From Bacillota bacterium (GTDB taxonomy: Bacteria > Bacillota > Clostridia > Christensenellales > SZUA-584), in NCBI GenBank assembly GCA_023459495.1, contig JAEWTL010000038.1:113321-177320 (forward strand): a stretch of DNA of 64,000 nt, written 5' to 3'. The translations under genes were made by a program, and so were the position numbers. Positions 9,703 through 19,403 of this stretch are shown here, in pieces. The notes beneath the pieces are model-generated. The model searched no databases. It saw only the letters and a program-made list of their open reading frames with translations, and had not been told where the DNA came from. Every line of letters starts with the position of its first letter. The first letter of the stretch is position 1.

Positions 9703-11784
9703 TTATAATGGTTTTTTATAAAACTTGGCATAACCAATACTTTGGCCTTTTACGCGCATTCCTGTCCGTCCGGACAGTATCGGCGACGGATCGTAAGATT
9801 CCAGCACCGCAACCTTATCATCGTTCAAATATACCCGGATATCGTTTACGTCCATGCTCACGCGGAGCCTGCAAACACCCGTTGTGTCAATACTCGCGCT
9901 GCACAGTTCCTGCTCGTCATACCGGTGCCTGGTGAGCACCACCCGGCCCCGCTCCAGCGAAACGCAATAGCCAATAAAGAAGTTGATCCCCAGCTCCTTA
10001 TCGTCGCCTTCGCCGCCCTCGGACAGCTCGCTTGCCCGGAATATGATCCCGACAGCCGCATCATCAGCTTTTGGCTCAGGCTGAAGCTCCAGTCCCGCTT
10101 CAAAGGCAGCAGAGTCAAAGCCGCCCCAGCAGCGCTTGTCATACGGCCCGAAGCCACTGACCTCCGCCGCTATCGGTTCTTCGTTTCCAGCCTCAAAAAC
10201 CGAAAGTGTCTCGGGAGCACTCAGGCCGCCTTCCATTTCAACCGAAACCTCATGCAGCCCCTGCGGTAGCGTAAGCGTATACATAGCGATGTCCCTGCTG
10301 GCCGCTGACAGTACAGCCTTCACACCACTGCCATCGACGGTTACGGCAAGGTCTGCCTGAGCACGATCAACGGAGCTACAAGCCACTGCAAATATATAAT
10401 CCGTTGTCTTTGCAAGGTTAAGATACAGCTTTTCCTGCGCCCCTCCGCTGAGCGGTATCCGGCAGGGCACCGGAACAAACAGCTTGGCGGCAGCGGTTTG
10501 GGTATCCCCCGAATGGAACGCCGTATAGCCGATACCGACAGTAGGTCCCTCCGAAAAATAACCGATCCGGTCTCCGGGGCAAATGCAGACATCGCATTTC
10601 CCTGCCCTTATGCCATCCACATATATCTCAACCTCGCTCGTGCCATAACGGAGCTGCAGGCTGTGCAGCTCGCCATGCGCATACTCCCATGGAATCGCAC
10701 ATTCGGCCAGGAGCGTCCCGGCTGCATCGAACAGTCTGATATTGTTTGAAGCGGTATCGAGGATAAGCCGGAAACCGCCGACGCTGACGCCGTAAGATCC
10801 CGCGCCATCCAGCACGCGCAGGTTGAATTCCACAATGCCCGGAGCAGCGGTCAATGCACATCTGCAAAGGCACAGAAAATCTCCGAGCGATACGCGCAAG
10901 CCGCCCCGCGCTTCCCACTTTCCTTTCAGCACATCCCAATTATCGCCCAAGACCATGTTGTCCGAGAAGTCCGGCAAGGTCGGAGTAAACTGCGGAAAGT
11001 TTGCAGGCCCGAGCACGCGCATGTTTCCGTCCAGTACCACCGCGTCAATGTTCAGATCCCGCGTCCGGTCCGGATTGATATTATGGTACACGATGTACCG
11101 TGTCAGCATATCCGGGCCGTAAACCGTGGAGCTGTGTCCCAGCCCCACCCACGGTTCCTCTGTATGCACGATGATGGGGTTATTCTCGCAATCCACATAC
11201 CCGGTCAGCGGATGCCTGCTCGTCGCGGCATTGATGCGGTATCCTTTGGAGAGATAATGATTACCGGTATAGGTCATGTAGTAAATGCCGTTTCCCTTGA
11301 TGACCAGCGGGCCCTCCGTCCAGCCGTGCATGAAAGCGCCGGTATTTACCGGCGGGCCGAATTCGGCAGGCGAGTTCATCTCACAGCCCATTATGCCGCT
11401 GTCGTCCGCCCAATAGAAATACCATTTTCCATCGTCATCGATGAATACGGAACCGTCGATGCTGTGGCCGATATTGTCGGTGATCTTGCGGAAGGGCCCC
11501 GTGGGCCGCTCACTTTTCAGCACATAATGCCCCAGCCCGTGGGGAGACGTGTACATATAAAACGCGCCGTTCCAATACACCACCTCCGGTGCAAACGGCA
11601 CCAGCCCCGGGAAGGTGTCTGGCTCGATCGCGGGGCCTTCCAGCTGCCATGTGACGAGGTCATCCGAGCTCCAGCACCGAATATCCGGGTTGGTGGCGTA
11701 CAAATAATACTTTCCGTTGTGCCGTAGCACAAAGGGATCCGCAAAATCGCCCTGTTTTTTGATCGGGTTGCAGTAGAACTTCAT
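9703..11784 (-). CDS. Glycoside hydrolase family 43 with a large C-terminal beta-sandwich region, cytoplasmic
   Basis: 693 aa. The N-terminus DFADPFVLRHNGKYYLYATN carries the GH43 catalytic Asp region, and HGWTEGPLVIK carries the catalytic Glu region. No signal peptide. Confidence 0.85.
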   Translation of the reverse strand: MKFYCNPIKKQGDFADPFVLRHNGKYYLYATNPDIRCWSSDDLVTWQLEGPAIEPDTFPGLVPFAPEVVYWNGAFYMYTSPHGLGHYVLKSERPTGPFRKITDNIGHSIDGSVFIDDDGKWYFYWADDSGIMGCEMNSPAEFGPPVNTGAFMHGWTEGPLVIKGNGIYYMTYTGNHYLSKGYRINAATSRHPLTGYVDCENNPIIVHTEEPWVGLGHSSTVYGPDMLTRYIVYHNINPDRTRDLNIDAVVLDGNMRVLGPANFPQFTPTLPDFSDNMVLGDNWDVLKGKWEARGGLRVSLGDFLCLCRCALTAAPGIVEFNLRVLDGAGSYGVSVGGFRLILDTASNNIRLFDAAGTLLAECAIPWEYAHGELHSLQLRYGTSEVEIYVDGIRAGKCDVCICPGDRIGYFSEGPTVGIGYTAFHSGDTQTAAAKLFVPVPCRIPLSGGAQEKLYLNLAKTTDYIFAVACSSVDRAQADLAVTVDGSGVKAVLSAASRDIAMYTLTLPQGLHEVSVEMEGGLSAPETLSVFEAGNEEPIAAEVSGFGPYDKRCWGGFDSAAFEAGLELQPEPKADDAAVGIIFRASELSEGGEGDDKELGINFFIGYCVSLERGRVVLTRHRYDEQELCSASIDTTGVCRLRVSMDVNDIRVYLNDDKVAVLESYDPSPILSGRTGMRVKGQSIGYAKFYKKPL

Positions 11785-11786
11785 CC

Positions 11787-12623
11787 TTACCCCTTAATGC
11801 CGGTCATGGCAAACGATTCGGTAAAATACTTCTGGCAGACAATAAACAGGATCAGCACGGGCAGTATCGCGATCAGCGAGGCCGTCATCATCAACGGGAT
11901 ATCCGTCTGTTGAATATAGTGCGAGTTCAGCATGGCAATGGCCACCTGGATGGTCTGTTTGGACTCGCTGTTCGTGAATACCAGCGGGCCGAAATAATCG
12001 TTCCATGTCGCCATGAACAGCATGATCACGTTCGCCACAATAGCGGGCTTGCTGAGCGGCAGATAGATCCGCCAATATGCGCCGAAGTATCCGCAACCAT
12101 CAATTTTCGCCGCGTCCAGCAGGTCCCGGGGAAGCCCGGTCATATACTGGCGCAGGAAGAAGATGATGTTGATGTTGCACAGCGAGGCAGGCACGATCAT
12201 AGGAAGCAGTGTGTCGATCCATCCGATTTTGGTATAGATAATAAACAGCGGAACCAGCAGCACAACCAAAGGAACCATCATCGTGGTGAGCAGCATGACG
12301 AATATGGTGTTTTTGAATCGGAAGTTCAGCTTGGAGAACGCAAACGCAGCCATGCTGGAAGTGAGCGTACAGAACACCAGAACTGAAGCGCTAATGATAC
12401 AGCTGTTCTTGATGCCGGTCAGCAGGTTGGATGACGTCCATATCTTCACATAGTTCTGCCAGTTCACCGGATTGGGTATCCACTGCGGCGGAATGGTATA
12501 AACCAGATTGGCTTCCTTCAGAGAAGTGCTGATCATCCACAGAAAGGGAAGCACCATTGTGGCCGCGCCAATCAGCAATATAATAAATACGATGACCCTC
12601 GCCGGACTTGTCTTTTTCTTCAT
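11787..12623 (-). CDS. Carbohydrate ABC transporter permease
   Basis: 278 aa, multi-pass membrane protein. EAA-loop LLDAAKIDGCGYFGAYWRIYLPLSKP. Confidence 0.9.
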   Translation of the reverse strand: MKKKTSPARVIVFIILLIGAATMVLPFLWMISTSLKEANLVYTIPPQWIPNPVNWQNYVKIWTSSNLLTGIKNSCIISASVLVFCTLTSSMAAFAFSKLNFRFKNTIFVMLLTTMMVPLVVLLVPLFIIYTKIGWIDTLLPMIVPASLCNINIIFFLRQYMTGLPRDLLDAAKIDGCGYFGAYWRIYLPLSKPAIVANVIMLFMATWNDYFGPLVFTNSESKQTIQVAIAMLNSHYIQQTDIPLMMTASLIAILPVLILFIVCQKYFTESFAMTGIKG

Positions 12624-12626
12624 CGC

Positions 12627-13526
12627 TCATTCCCCCTCATAGACCCATTTGCGCGACACGACAAACTGAACGACCGTGAGCCCCAGTATGAACAGGCCAA
12701 ACACCGTAGCAGTCGCGCAGGCATACCCCATCTGGCTGCTGGCAAACGCTTTCTGCCATATGTAAAAAACAATCGTTCCCACGCCAAACCCGCGCCCGCC
12801 ATCCGGGGCGAACATCTGCACCTCCACGAAGGTTTGCAGTGAACCGATCATTCCGACGATCATCAGGTAGAAGGTCGTGGGCGTCAGCAGCGGCAGGGTG
12901 ATCTTAAAAAACTGCTGTCTGGGCGTGGCGCCGTCGATCTGCGCAGCCTCGTAATAAGTTTTGGGGACCGACTTGAGCGCGGCAATATAGTAAATCGATA
13001 TGATACCGATCATTTTCCAAGATATCATGATAACGATCATCCGTTTCGTCCAAACGGGATCGCTCAGCCAACTGGGCGGATCAGTTACGCCAAACAGCGC
13101 AAGGAAATTGTTTACTAATCCATACTGGGAATTGAACAGCCACATCCAGATCAGTGTCAGCGCCACCACCGAGGATATAAACGGCAGGTAATAAATCGCG
13201 CGAAACACCTTTTGACCTAAGATGTTTTTGTGGCAGGCATATCCGAACAGCAACGCAAAGGTGATATATATCGGGATTGGGATCAGCATATACAGCGTAT
13301 TTTTCAGTGCAATCCAAAACTTCGGGTCCGCTAGCAGCTTTTCGTAATTACGAATACCGACATCTTTAACATTGGGGGACAGTATGTTCCAATTGGTGAA
13401 GCTCGCGTAAACGCACACGGCGAGTGGCAGCAGGAAAAATACAACGAAGTATAGTAAGGAAGGAGATACAAACAGCAACCCCGCAATCCCTTCCCGCCGT
13501 CTCAGTTTGCTTACTCTTCTTTTCAT
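12627..13526 (-). CDS. Carbohydrate ABC transporter permease
   Basis: 299 aa. EAA-loop YYEAAQIDGATPRQQFFKITLPLLTP. Confidence 0.9.
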   Translation of the reverse strand: MKRRVSKLRRREGIAGLLFVSPSLLYFVVFFLLPLAVCVYASFTNWNILSPNVKDVGIRNYEKLLADPKFWIALKNTLYMLIPIPIYITFALLFGYACHKNILGQKVFRAIYYLPFISSVVALTLIWMWLFNSQYGLVNNFLALFGVTDPPSWLSDPVWTKRMIVIMISWKMIGIISIYYIAALKSVPKTYYEAAQIDGATPRQQFFKITLPLLTPTTFYLMIVGMIGSLQTFVEVQMFAPDGGRGFGVGTIVFYIWQKAFASSQMGYACATATVFGLFILGLTVVQFVVSRKWVYEGE

Positions 13527-13570
13527 AATTGCCTCCTGCGCCGATGTCTGCCATTATAGAAATTTCTTGA

Positions 13571-13606
13571 ATATATCGGCAGGTATCATGATACCTGCCG
13601 ATATAT
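13571..13606 (-). promoter_or_regulatory. Perfect 36-nt palindrome between the binding-protein gene and the first permease gene (intercistronic stem-loop)
   Basis: ATATATCGGCAGGTATCATGATACCTGCCGATATAT is its own reverse complement. It lies 30 nt downstream of the binding-protein stop. Confidence 0.7.
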
Positions 13607-13636
13607 CAGAAGTACAGTCTTTTGGCTTTGTCTGCT

Positions 13637-15019
13637 TCAGCTCATGTATTCCTGCTTCTGTGCGATACTGTCGTCCAGAAGCTGCTGAACCGTTTCATTG
13701 ATGGATTCGCAATATTCAGCAGCGGTCATTTCGCCGGTAAACACCGCAGCTGTGTTGGAGTTGAATTCGGCAAACCACTCCTGATTAAATGTACGGGACT
13801 GCGTTGCAAGGCGGGCATGGTTCTCCAGAATATCGAAGAGCACGTCCTTGCTCGCGGGTCCTTTATCAAACTGAGAGTATTCACCAAGCGCCATGTCCTT
13901 AAGCATCGGAATGGCCTGGCCCATCGTGTAGGCCGTGCGCTGCGCATCCTCATTGAAAGAGAGGAAGGCGGCCAGATTACAGGCGGCTTCAGCATGGGCG
14001 GTGGTAGCGGATACTCCAAGGCCCGCGCTGCCGAACCATATCTCGCTCTTGCCCGTGTTCGGGCTGACCGGCCAGTTCATAACATCCCATTCAAAGTCGC
14101 AGTTTTCCCAGAAATCTGCAAGGCTCCATGTACCAGCACCCACCATTGCGAGCTTACCCTGCTTAAAGCGGTCGTAGTCGCTGAGGGCTTCCGTTTCAGA
14201 AGCGCTGGGCGCAACGCCATGAACCAGGCGAAGGTCCGCGCACCACTGAATAGCTTCGGTAAAGGCGGGATCGGTGATCTCGACCTGCGAGAGCGTCTCG
14301 GGATCGACCCATTCCCCACCGTTGGACCACACCGCGGATTCGAGGGAGTATGCGCCGGTTCCATAGATCTTGTCATCGCCTTCGCCGGTGGTCAGTTTCT
14401 GGGCGGCAGCGAGATAGTCGTTCCAATCCCACGGATCGTCAATGGTCGGAGGCGTTATGCCAGCGGCCTTAAACAGGTCTACATTGTAGAAGACCGGGAA
14501 TACGCTGACGTCTTTGGGCAGCGCGTAGATGCTTCCGGAGCCCTGGTTCTCACCGTCAAAGCGGTACAGGTTAAGGAGGCAATCCCAAACGTTGCTGGCA
14601 TCGAAAATTTCATTATTGGCTACGTAATCGGTCAAGTCGTAAAGATTGCCGGTCGCCGCATATTTCATCATGCTGTCGACGGGGCAATAGAATACGTCGG
14701 GGCATTGATCGGCGCCGATCATGGCCTGCAGCTTGGTATCAAACTCGTTGTCGGCCACGACGATGTAATCCACCTCGACATCAGGATACGCTGCTTCATA
14801 CTGTTCGATCATCGCCTTGTAAGTGGCGATCTCTGCATCCGTTCCCCAGCCCATGAAGCTGATTTTGGTTTTCTCCCCTGCGGATTCGGTTTCAGACGTC
14901 CCCGTTGACGCCGAGGCTGTCGTCGAGCTGCTTTCTCCGGCCTGCTGGCACCCAGTTAAACCAACAGTGCTGAGCACAAAAACCAGGCACATGATAACAA
15001 CCAGGATCTTTGTTTTCAT
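13637..15019 (-). CDS. Extracellular sugar-binding lipoprotein of the ABC transporter
   Basis: 460 aa. Lipobox LTGCQ after a hydrophobic signal sequence, a Ser/Thr-rich linker, and family-1 solute-binding-like sequence. Confidence 0.88.
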   Translation of the reverse strand: MKTKILVVIMCLVFVLSTVGLTGCQQAGESSSTTASASTGTSETESAGEKTKISFMGWGTDAEIATYKAMIEQYEAAYPDVEVDYIVVADNEFDTKLQAMIGADQCPDVFYCPVDSMMKYAATGNLYDLTDYVANNEIFDASNVWDCLLNLYRFDGENQGSGSIYALPKDVSVFPVFYNVDLFKAAGITPPTIDDPWDWNDYLAAAQKLTTGEGDDKIYGTGAYSLESAVWSNGGEWVDPETLSQVEITDPAFTEAIQWCADLRLVHGVAPSASETEALSDYDRFKQGKLAMVGAGTWSLADFWENCDFEWDVMNWPVSPNTGKSEIWFGSAGLGVSATTAHAEAACNLAAFLSFNEDAQRTAYTMGQAIPMLKDMALGEYSQFDKGPASKDVLFDILENHARLATQSRTFNQEWFAEFNSNTAAVFTGEMTAAEYCESINETVQQLLDDSIAQKQEYMS

Positions 15020-15328
15020 TTCCTTCCTCCTTTTTTATTCCCTTTTGATTAAATGGTGTTCCTGAAACAAACCTGTTAAATTAAAACATTAGGTTTGTTT
15101 TATTTGTGGCTATATAATATCAGTGTTGTTTTTAAAAGTCAACATTTCAGCCCATTTTGCTGATATTTTTTTATTTTAGGCTATATTTAAATATGTTTTA
15201 TGTCTCTTTTAATTCTTTTATTCTATATTTTATGTTTTATTCTTTTGCATCCGACCAAAAACTCTATCTGGACGCTGATGGGCCACCGTGTTATAATTCT
15301 ATATTATATAGAGAAAAGGGTATCCGTC

Positions 15329-16249
15329 ATGTCAAAGATACTGGAATTAATGGCAGATAATGAAGATGGGCTGTGCAAAGCCGGAAAAGCACTATCATCT
15401 GAAACACGCATACAAATTTTGAAGCTGCTTTATTACAACAGTTACAACGTCAAGGAAATTGCAGAGAAGCTGAACATTCCAGCATCCAGCGCGGCGCTGC
15501 ACATCCGCGTCCTGGAGGATGCCGATCTGATCCAGATTAAACAAAAGCCCGGCAGCCGGGGATCGATGAAAGTCTGCAGCCGCAAATTCGACTATCTGCA
15601 CATCCGCTTGTCAGGCAACGATCCGGACGTCAATCAGGTCGCCACGGTTTCAATGCCGGTTGGCGCCTATACGGATTACCGCGTTACCCCCACGTGCGGC
15701 ATTGCAACCAGCACCGCCCTGGTCGGATACGAAGACAGGCCAAACGATTTCTATATGCCCGAACGGATCAACGCGCAGATACTGTGGTCTTCAAGCGGGT
15801 ATGTGGAGTATAAGTTCCCGTTCCCCTTAAACCACAACGACGTACCAAACCGTTTGATACTGTCATTTGAAGCTTGTTCCGAAGCGCCTAATTTTAAAGA
15901 GGATTGGAAATCCGATATTACCATATGGATCAACGGCAGGGAGTGTGGCACCTGGCGCAGCCCCGGAGACTTTGGAAGCCGCAGAGGAAGGCTCAACCCC
16001 TCATGGTGGGACAACGGAGTCTCCCAATATGGTCAAATGGTGACTGTTGAGATTACTGACGCTGAGACGATTGTCAACTCAAAAAAATCTTCCGATATTG
16101 GCCTTAAGGATATCGCGTTGGACCCTCAGGCTCCCATCACGATCCGAATCGGAAATAAGGAGGACGCCGAATATGTGGGCGGATTCAATCTCTTCGGCGC
16201 TCAGTTTGGCGATTATGCGCAGGATATCCTGCTGTCGTTCGTATACTAA
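15329..16249 (+). CDS. ArsR-type winged-helix transcription regulator with a roughly 200-aa C-terminal domain
   Basis: MSKILELMADNEDGLCKAGKALSSETRIQILKLLYYNSYNVKEIAEKLNIPASSAALHIRVLEDADLI is an ArsR HTH. It is divergent from the glycan locus. Start moved to the ATG at 15329, because the track start at 15200 adds an AT-rich, implausible N-terminus. Confidence 0.75.
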   Translation: MSKILELMADNEDGLCKAGKALSSETRIQILKLLYYNSYNVKEIAEKLNIPASSAALHIRVLEDADLIQIKQKPGSRGSMKVCSRKFDYLHIRLSGNDPDVNQVATVSMPVGAYTDYRVTPTCGIATSTALVGYEDRPNDFYMPERINAQILWSSSGYVEYKFPFPLNHNDVPNRLILSFEACSEAPNFKEDWKSDITIWINGRECGTWRSPGDFGSRRGRLNPSWWDNGVSQYGQMVTVEITDAETIVNSKKSSDIGLKDIALDPQAPITIRIGNKEDAEYVGGFNLFGAQFGDYAQDILLSFVY

Positions 16250-16292
16250 AAGGGCTATAATCCGGTGATTTGACAACCTCTATAGCCCTTTT
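16248..16292. terminator. Bidirectional stem-loop between the convergent regulator and ackA genes
   Basis: AAAAGGGCTATA (16248-16259) pairs with TATAGCCCTTTT (16281-16292). A/T runs flank both sides. The loop is long (21 nt). Confidence 0.6.
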
Positions 16293-16322
16293 AAAAATAT
16301 TAATCAATACCTTAGAAAGCTT

Positions 16323-17537
16323 TTAAACCACCATAGATTCTTCACTTTCGCATATTTCAAGTGTATCTTTGGCTATCATCAGCTCTTCATTCGTACGTAC
16401 CACCATAACAAACACCCTGGAATCGGTTGTTGAAATGGCCTTTTGAACGCCCTTCTCCTTGTTCTGCTCCAGGTCGATTTCAACTCCCAGGTATTCCATC
16501 CCCTCGGTGACCATCGCCCTCACCATGTTATCATTTTCTCCTACACCGCCTGCGAATGCAATCGCATCAACCCCGCCCATTGCGGCCGCGTAAGCGCCAA
16601 TGTATTTTTTGACCCGATAGCAGAATACCTCAATCGCTGTTTTGGACCACTCATCACCTTTATTCGCATAATCCCAAAGATCTCTGAAATCGCTGGACTT
16701 TCCGGACAAGCCCTGCATTCCGCATTGACCGTTCAGATACGCCATGACTTCCTCAATCGTCATGTCCATCTTACGCATGAGGAACTGTATAATGGACGGG
16801 TCAATATCGCCGCAGCGCGTACCCATCACCAAACCTTCAAGCGGGGTAAACCCCATGGACGTATCTATGGACTGCCCGTTTTTTATGGCCGCGACACTGG
16901 CACCATTCCCCAAATGGCAGGTGATGATCTTCAGCTCTTTCACATCTTTGCCCATTACCTTGGCCGTCTGCATCGCAATATACTTATGAGATGTTCCGTG
17001 AAATCCATACCGGCGAATCTTCAGCTCCGTGTTCGCTTTATTGGAAAGCCCATATAAATACGCGGCTTTGGGCAGCGTCTGGTGAAACGCGGTATCAAAC
17101 ACCGCGACCATAGGCGTATCGGGCATTACTTTTTTACAGGCTTCAATGCCCGTAATATTAGCCGGATTGTGCAGCGGCGCAAGCTCGATATTTTCCTTGA
17201 TTGCCTGCATCACCTGCCCGTCAATCAGCGTGGAGCTGGAGAACCGGTCACCGCCATGCGCGATTCTGTGCCCCACTGCGCCAATCTCGCTGACATCGGA
17301 GATCACGCCATAGTCCCTGTCAGTCAACGTTTCAACCACCACCTTGATTGCTCCGCTGTGATCGGTAATATCAAATTTTTGAACCAGCTTGTCCTTGCCA
17401 ACTGCCTGATGCTTTAGTGTTGCATCCTTAATTCCGATCCGTTCAACCATACCCGATGCCAAAACGCTTTCATCATTCATGTCAATCAGCTGATATTTCA
17501 CCGAAGAACTGCCTGCGTTAATGACTAAAATGTTCAT
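16323..17537 (-). CDS. ackA: Acetate (short-chain acyl) kinase
   Basis: 404 aa. N-terminus MNILVINAGSSSVKYQLIDM and the ASKHA fold pattern typical of AckA. Confidence 0.9.
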   Translation of the reverse strand: MNILVINAGSSSVKYQLIDMNDESVLASGMVERIGIKDATLKHQAVGKDKLVQKFDITDHSGAIKVVVETLTDRDYGVISDVSEIGAVGHRIAHGGDRFSSSTLIDGQVMQAIKENIELAPLHNPANITGIEACKKVMPDTPMVAVFDTAFHQTLPKAAYLYGLSNKANTELKIRRYGFHGTSHKYIAMQTAKVMGKDVKELKIITCHLGNGASVAAIKNGQSIDTSMGFTPLEGLVMGTRCGDIDPSIIQFLMRKMDMTIEEVMAYLNGQCGMQGLSGKSSDFRDLWDYANKGDEWSKTAIEVFCYRVKKYIGAYAAAMGGVDAIAFAGGVGENDNMVRAMVTEGMEYLGVEIDLEQNKEKGVQKAISTTDSRVFVMVVRTNEELMIAKDTLEICESEESMVV

Positions 17538-17712
17538 ATGTATTGCTCCTGTCCTTGTAATTGAACGGCTGCCTCAAGCACTTGGCCAAGCTCAAACCGC
17601 TTTTTTCGTACACCAAATAACAAGCAAGGAATTACGCAAAAGTGTAACATTAATAAAAGCACAGTACGCATCCTGCTAAATTATTCTATATTCAGCTTGT
17701 TTGCTTTTTCGC

Positions 17713-19395
17713 TTATCTCTTTTTTGGCGGAAGATGCAGGCACTCACCGAGACTGTCCGCAGCCGCTTCCATGAACGCTTCGGCAAACGTAGGATGCCCG
17801 TGAATGATACCGGCGATCTCATTCGCCGTCACCTCCATGGCCATCAGGCTTGCCGCCTCATTGATCAGTTCCGCTGCCGCCGGGCCGACGATATGCACGC
17901 CCAGCACCTCGCCGTGCCGTTTATCGGTGATGACCTTGATGAAGCCTTCCGTTTCACCGGATGCCAGCGCGCGCCCGTTCGCGGAGAACGGGAACCGCCC
18001 CACGCTGATGTCATACTTTTCGCTGGCCTTCTGCTCCGTCAGGCCCACGCTGCCGATCTCGGGCATGGTATACACACAGGACGGCACGTACTTGAGGTCC
18101 GCCTTTTTGCTATGTCCCATCGTGTTCTCAGCTGCCGTCTCGCCCATCTTAAATGCCGCATGCGCAAGCATACATCTGCCATTGATATCGCCCGGTGCGT
18201 AAATCCAATCGATGCTCGACCTCATCATATCGTCTACCTTGACGCGTCCGCGGTCCAGCTCGATATCCAGCCCGGCCACAGCGGAAACATCCGGCACACG
18301 TCCGATTGACAGCAGCGCATATTCCGCCTTGACCGGCTTCTGCTTATCTGTATATACCGCCACGCCGCTGCCCGTCTCTTCAATCCTCTCAAGCTTCGTG
18401 CCGGTGTAGATCGTGATGCCTTTCTTCGTCAGCGCTTTGCGGATTACGTCTGAAACGTCGTTGTCCATCATGGGCAGCACGTTATCCATTAGCTCGATCA
18501 CGGTGACCTTGCTGCCGAATGCCGCAAACACCGACGCCATCTCCACGCCAATCACGCCGCCGCCGATGATCACAAGGCTGTCCGGCACATGGTCCATATC
18601 GAGAATCTCGTCGCTGGTCAGTACGTGCGGCGATTCCATGCCGGGCAGCTTTAACTTTGCAGCCTTTGAGCCGCCCGCAAAGATCAGCTTATCAGCCGAT
18701 ATCTTAACATCACCCGCGGACACCGTCTTATCGGGATGAATCTGAGCCTCGCCGTTATAAACGTCGACGCCGTTGCTTTTAAGCAGGGCCGCGACACCGC
18801 CGGTCAGCTGCTTCACGACCTTGTTCTTTTCTGCGACCGCTTTGGGCATATCGATCTTAATCTTATCGTCCGCGATCATGACGCCGCGCTGGGCGGCGTG
18901 CCGAAGATGTTCAATCATCTCGGCGGTTTTCAAATATGTCTTGGTCGGTATGCATCCTCGGTTGAGGCATGTGCCGCCCACAACCGACTTTTCGACCAGC
19001 GCCGTTTTGGCTCCCAGCCGGGCCGCTTTGATGGCCGCGACATACCCCGCGGGCCCTCCGCCGACTACCACGACATCGTACTTTTTAATGCTTTCGTCCG
19101 TACCGGCGACCGGCTGCACTGCTTCGCTTGCGGGTTTATCCTCTTCAATCGATTCACCCGGTTCACCGATATATCCAATCGTCGTGATGACGGGAAACGT
19201 CTCCCCTTCTTGGGCCAGTATCTTCAGGAGGGTACCGGAGTTCATCGCTTCCACTTCCATGTTGACCTTGTCGGTCTCAATCTCAAGCAGCGGCTCACCG
19301 GTCTCCACCTTCTCGCCCTCGGCCTTCAGCCATCGGACGATCTTTCCCGTCTCCATCGCCATGCCCGCTTTGGGCATGATCACTCTGTATGCCAT
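17713..19395 (-). CDS. Dihydrolipoyl dehydrogenase (E3) with an N-terminal lipoyl domain
   Basis: 560 aa. Lipoyl motif EIETDKVNMEV, then FAD motif VVVGGGPAGY and redox disulfide GGTCLNRGCIPTK. Confidence 0.9.
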   Translation of the reverse strand: MAYRVIMPKAGMAMETGKIVRWLKAEGEKVETGEPLLEIETDKVNMEVEAMNSGTLLKILAQEGETFPVITTIGYIGEPGESIEEDKPASEAVQPVAGTDESIKKYDVVVVGGGPAGYVAAIKAARLGAKTALVEKSVVGGTCLNRGCIPTKTYLKTAEMIEHLRHAAQRGVMIADDKIKIDMPKAVAEKNKVVKQLTGGVAALLKSNGVDVYNGEAQIHPDKTVSAGDVKISADKLIFAGGSKAAKLKLPGMESPHVLTSDEILDMDHVPDSLVIIGGGVIGVEMASVFAAFGSKVTVIELMDNVLPMMDNDVSDVIRKALTKKGITIYTGTKLERIEETGSGVAVYTDKQKPVKAEYALLSIGRVPDVSAVAGLDIELDRGRVKVDDMMRSSIDWIYAPGDINGRCMLAHAAFKMGETAAENTMGHSKKADLKYVPSCVYTMPEIGSVGLTEQKASEKYDISVGRFPFSANGRALASGETEGFIKVITDKRHGEVLGVHIVGPAAAELINEAASLMAMEVTANEIAGIIHGHPTFAEAFMEAAADSLGECLHLPPKKR

Positions 19396-19403
19396 TGCGC
19401 CTC

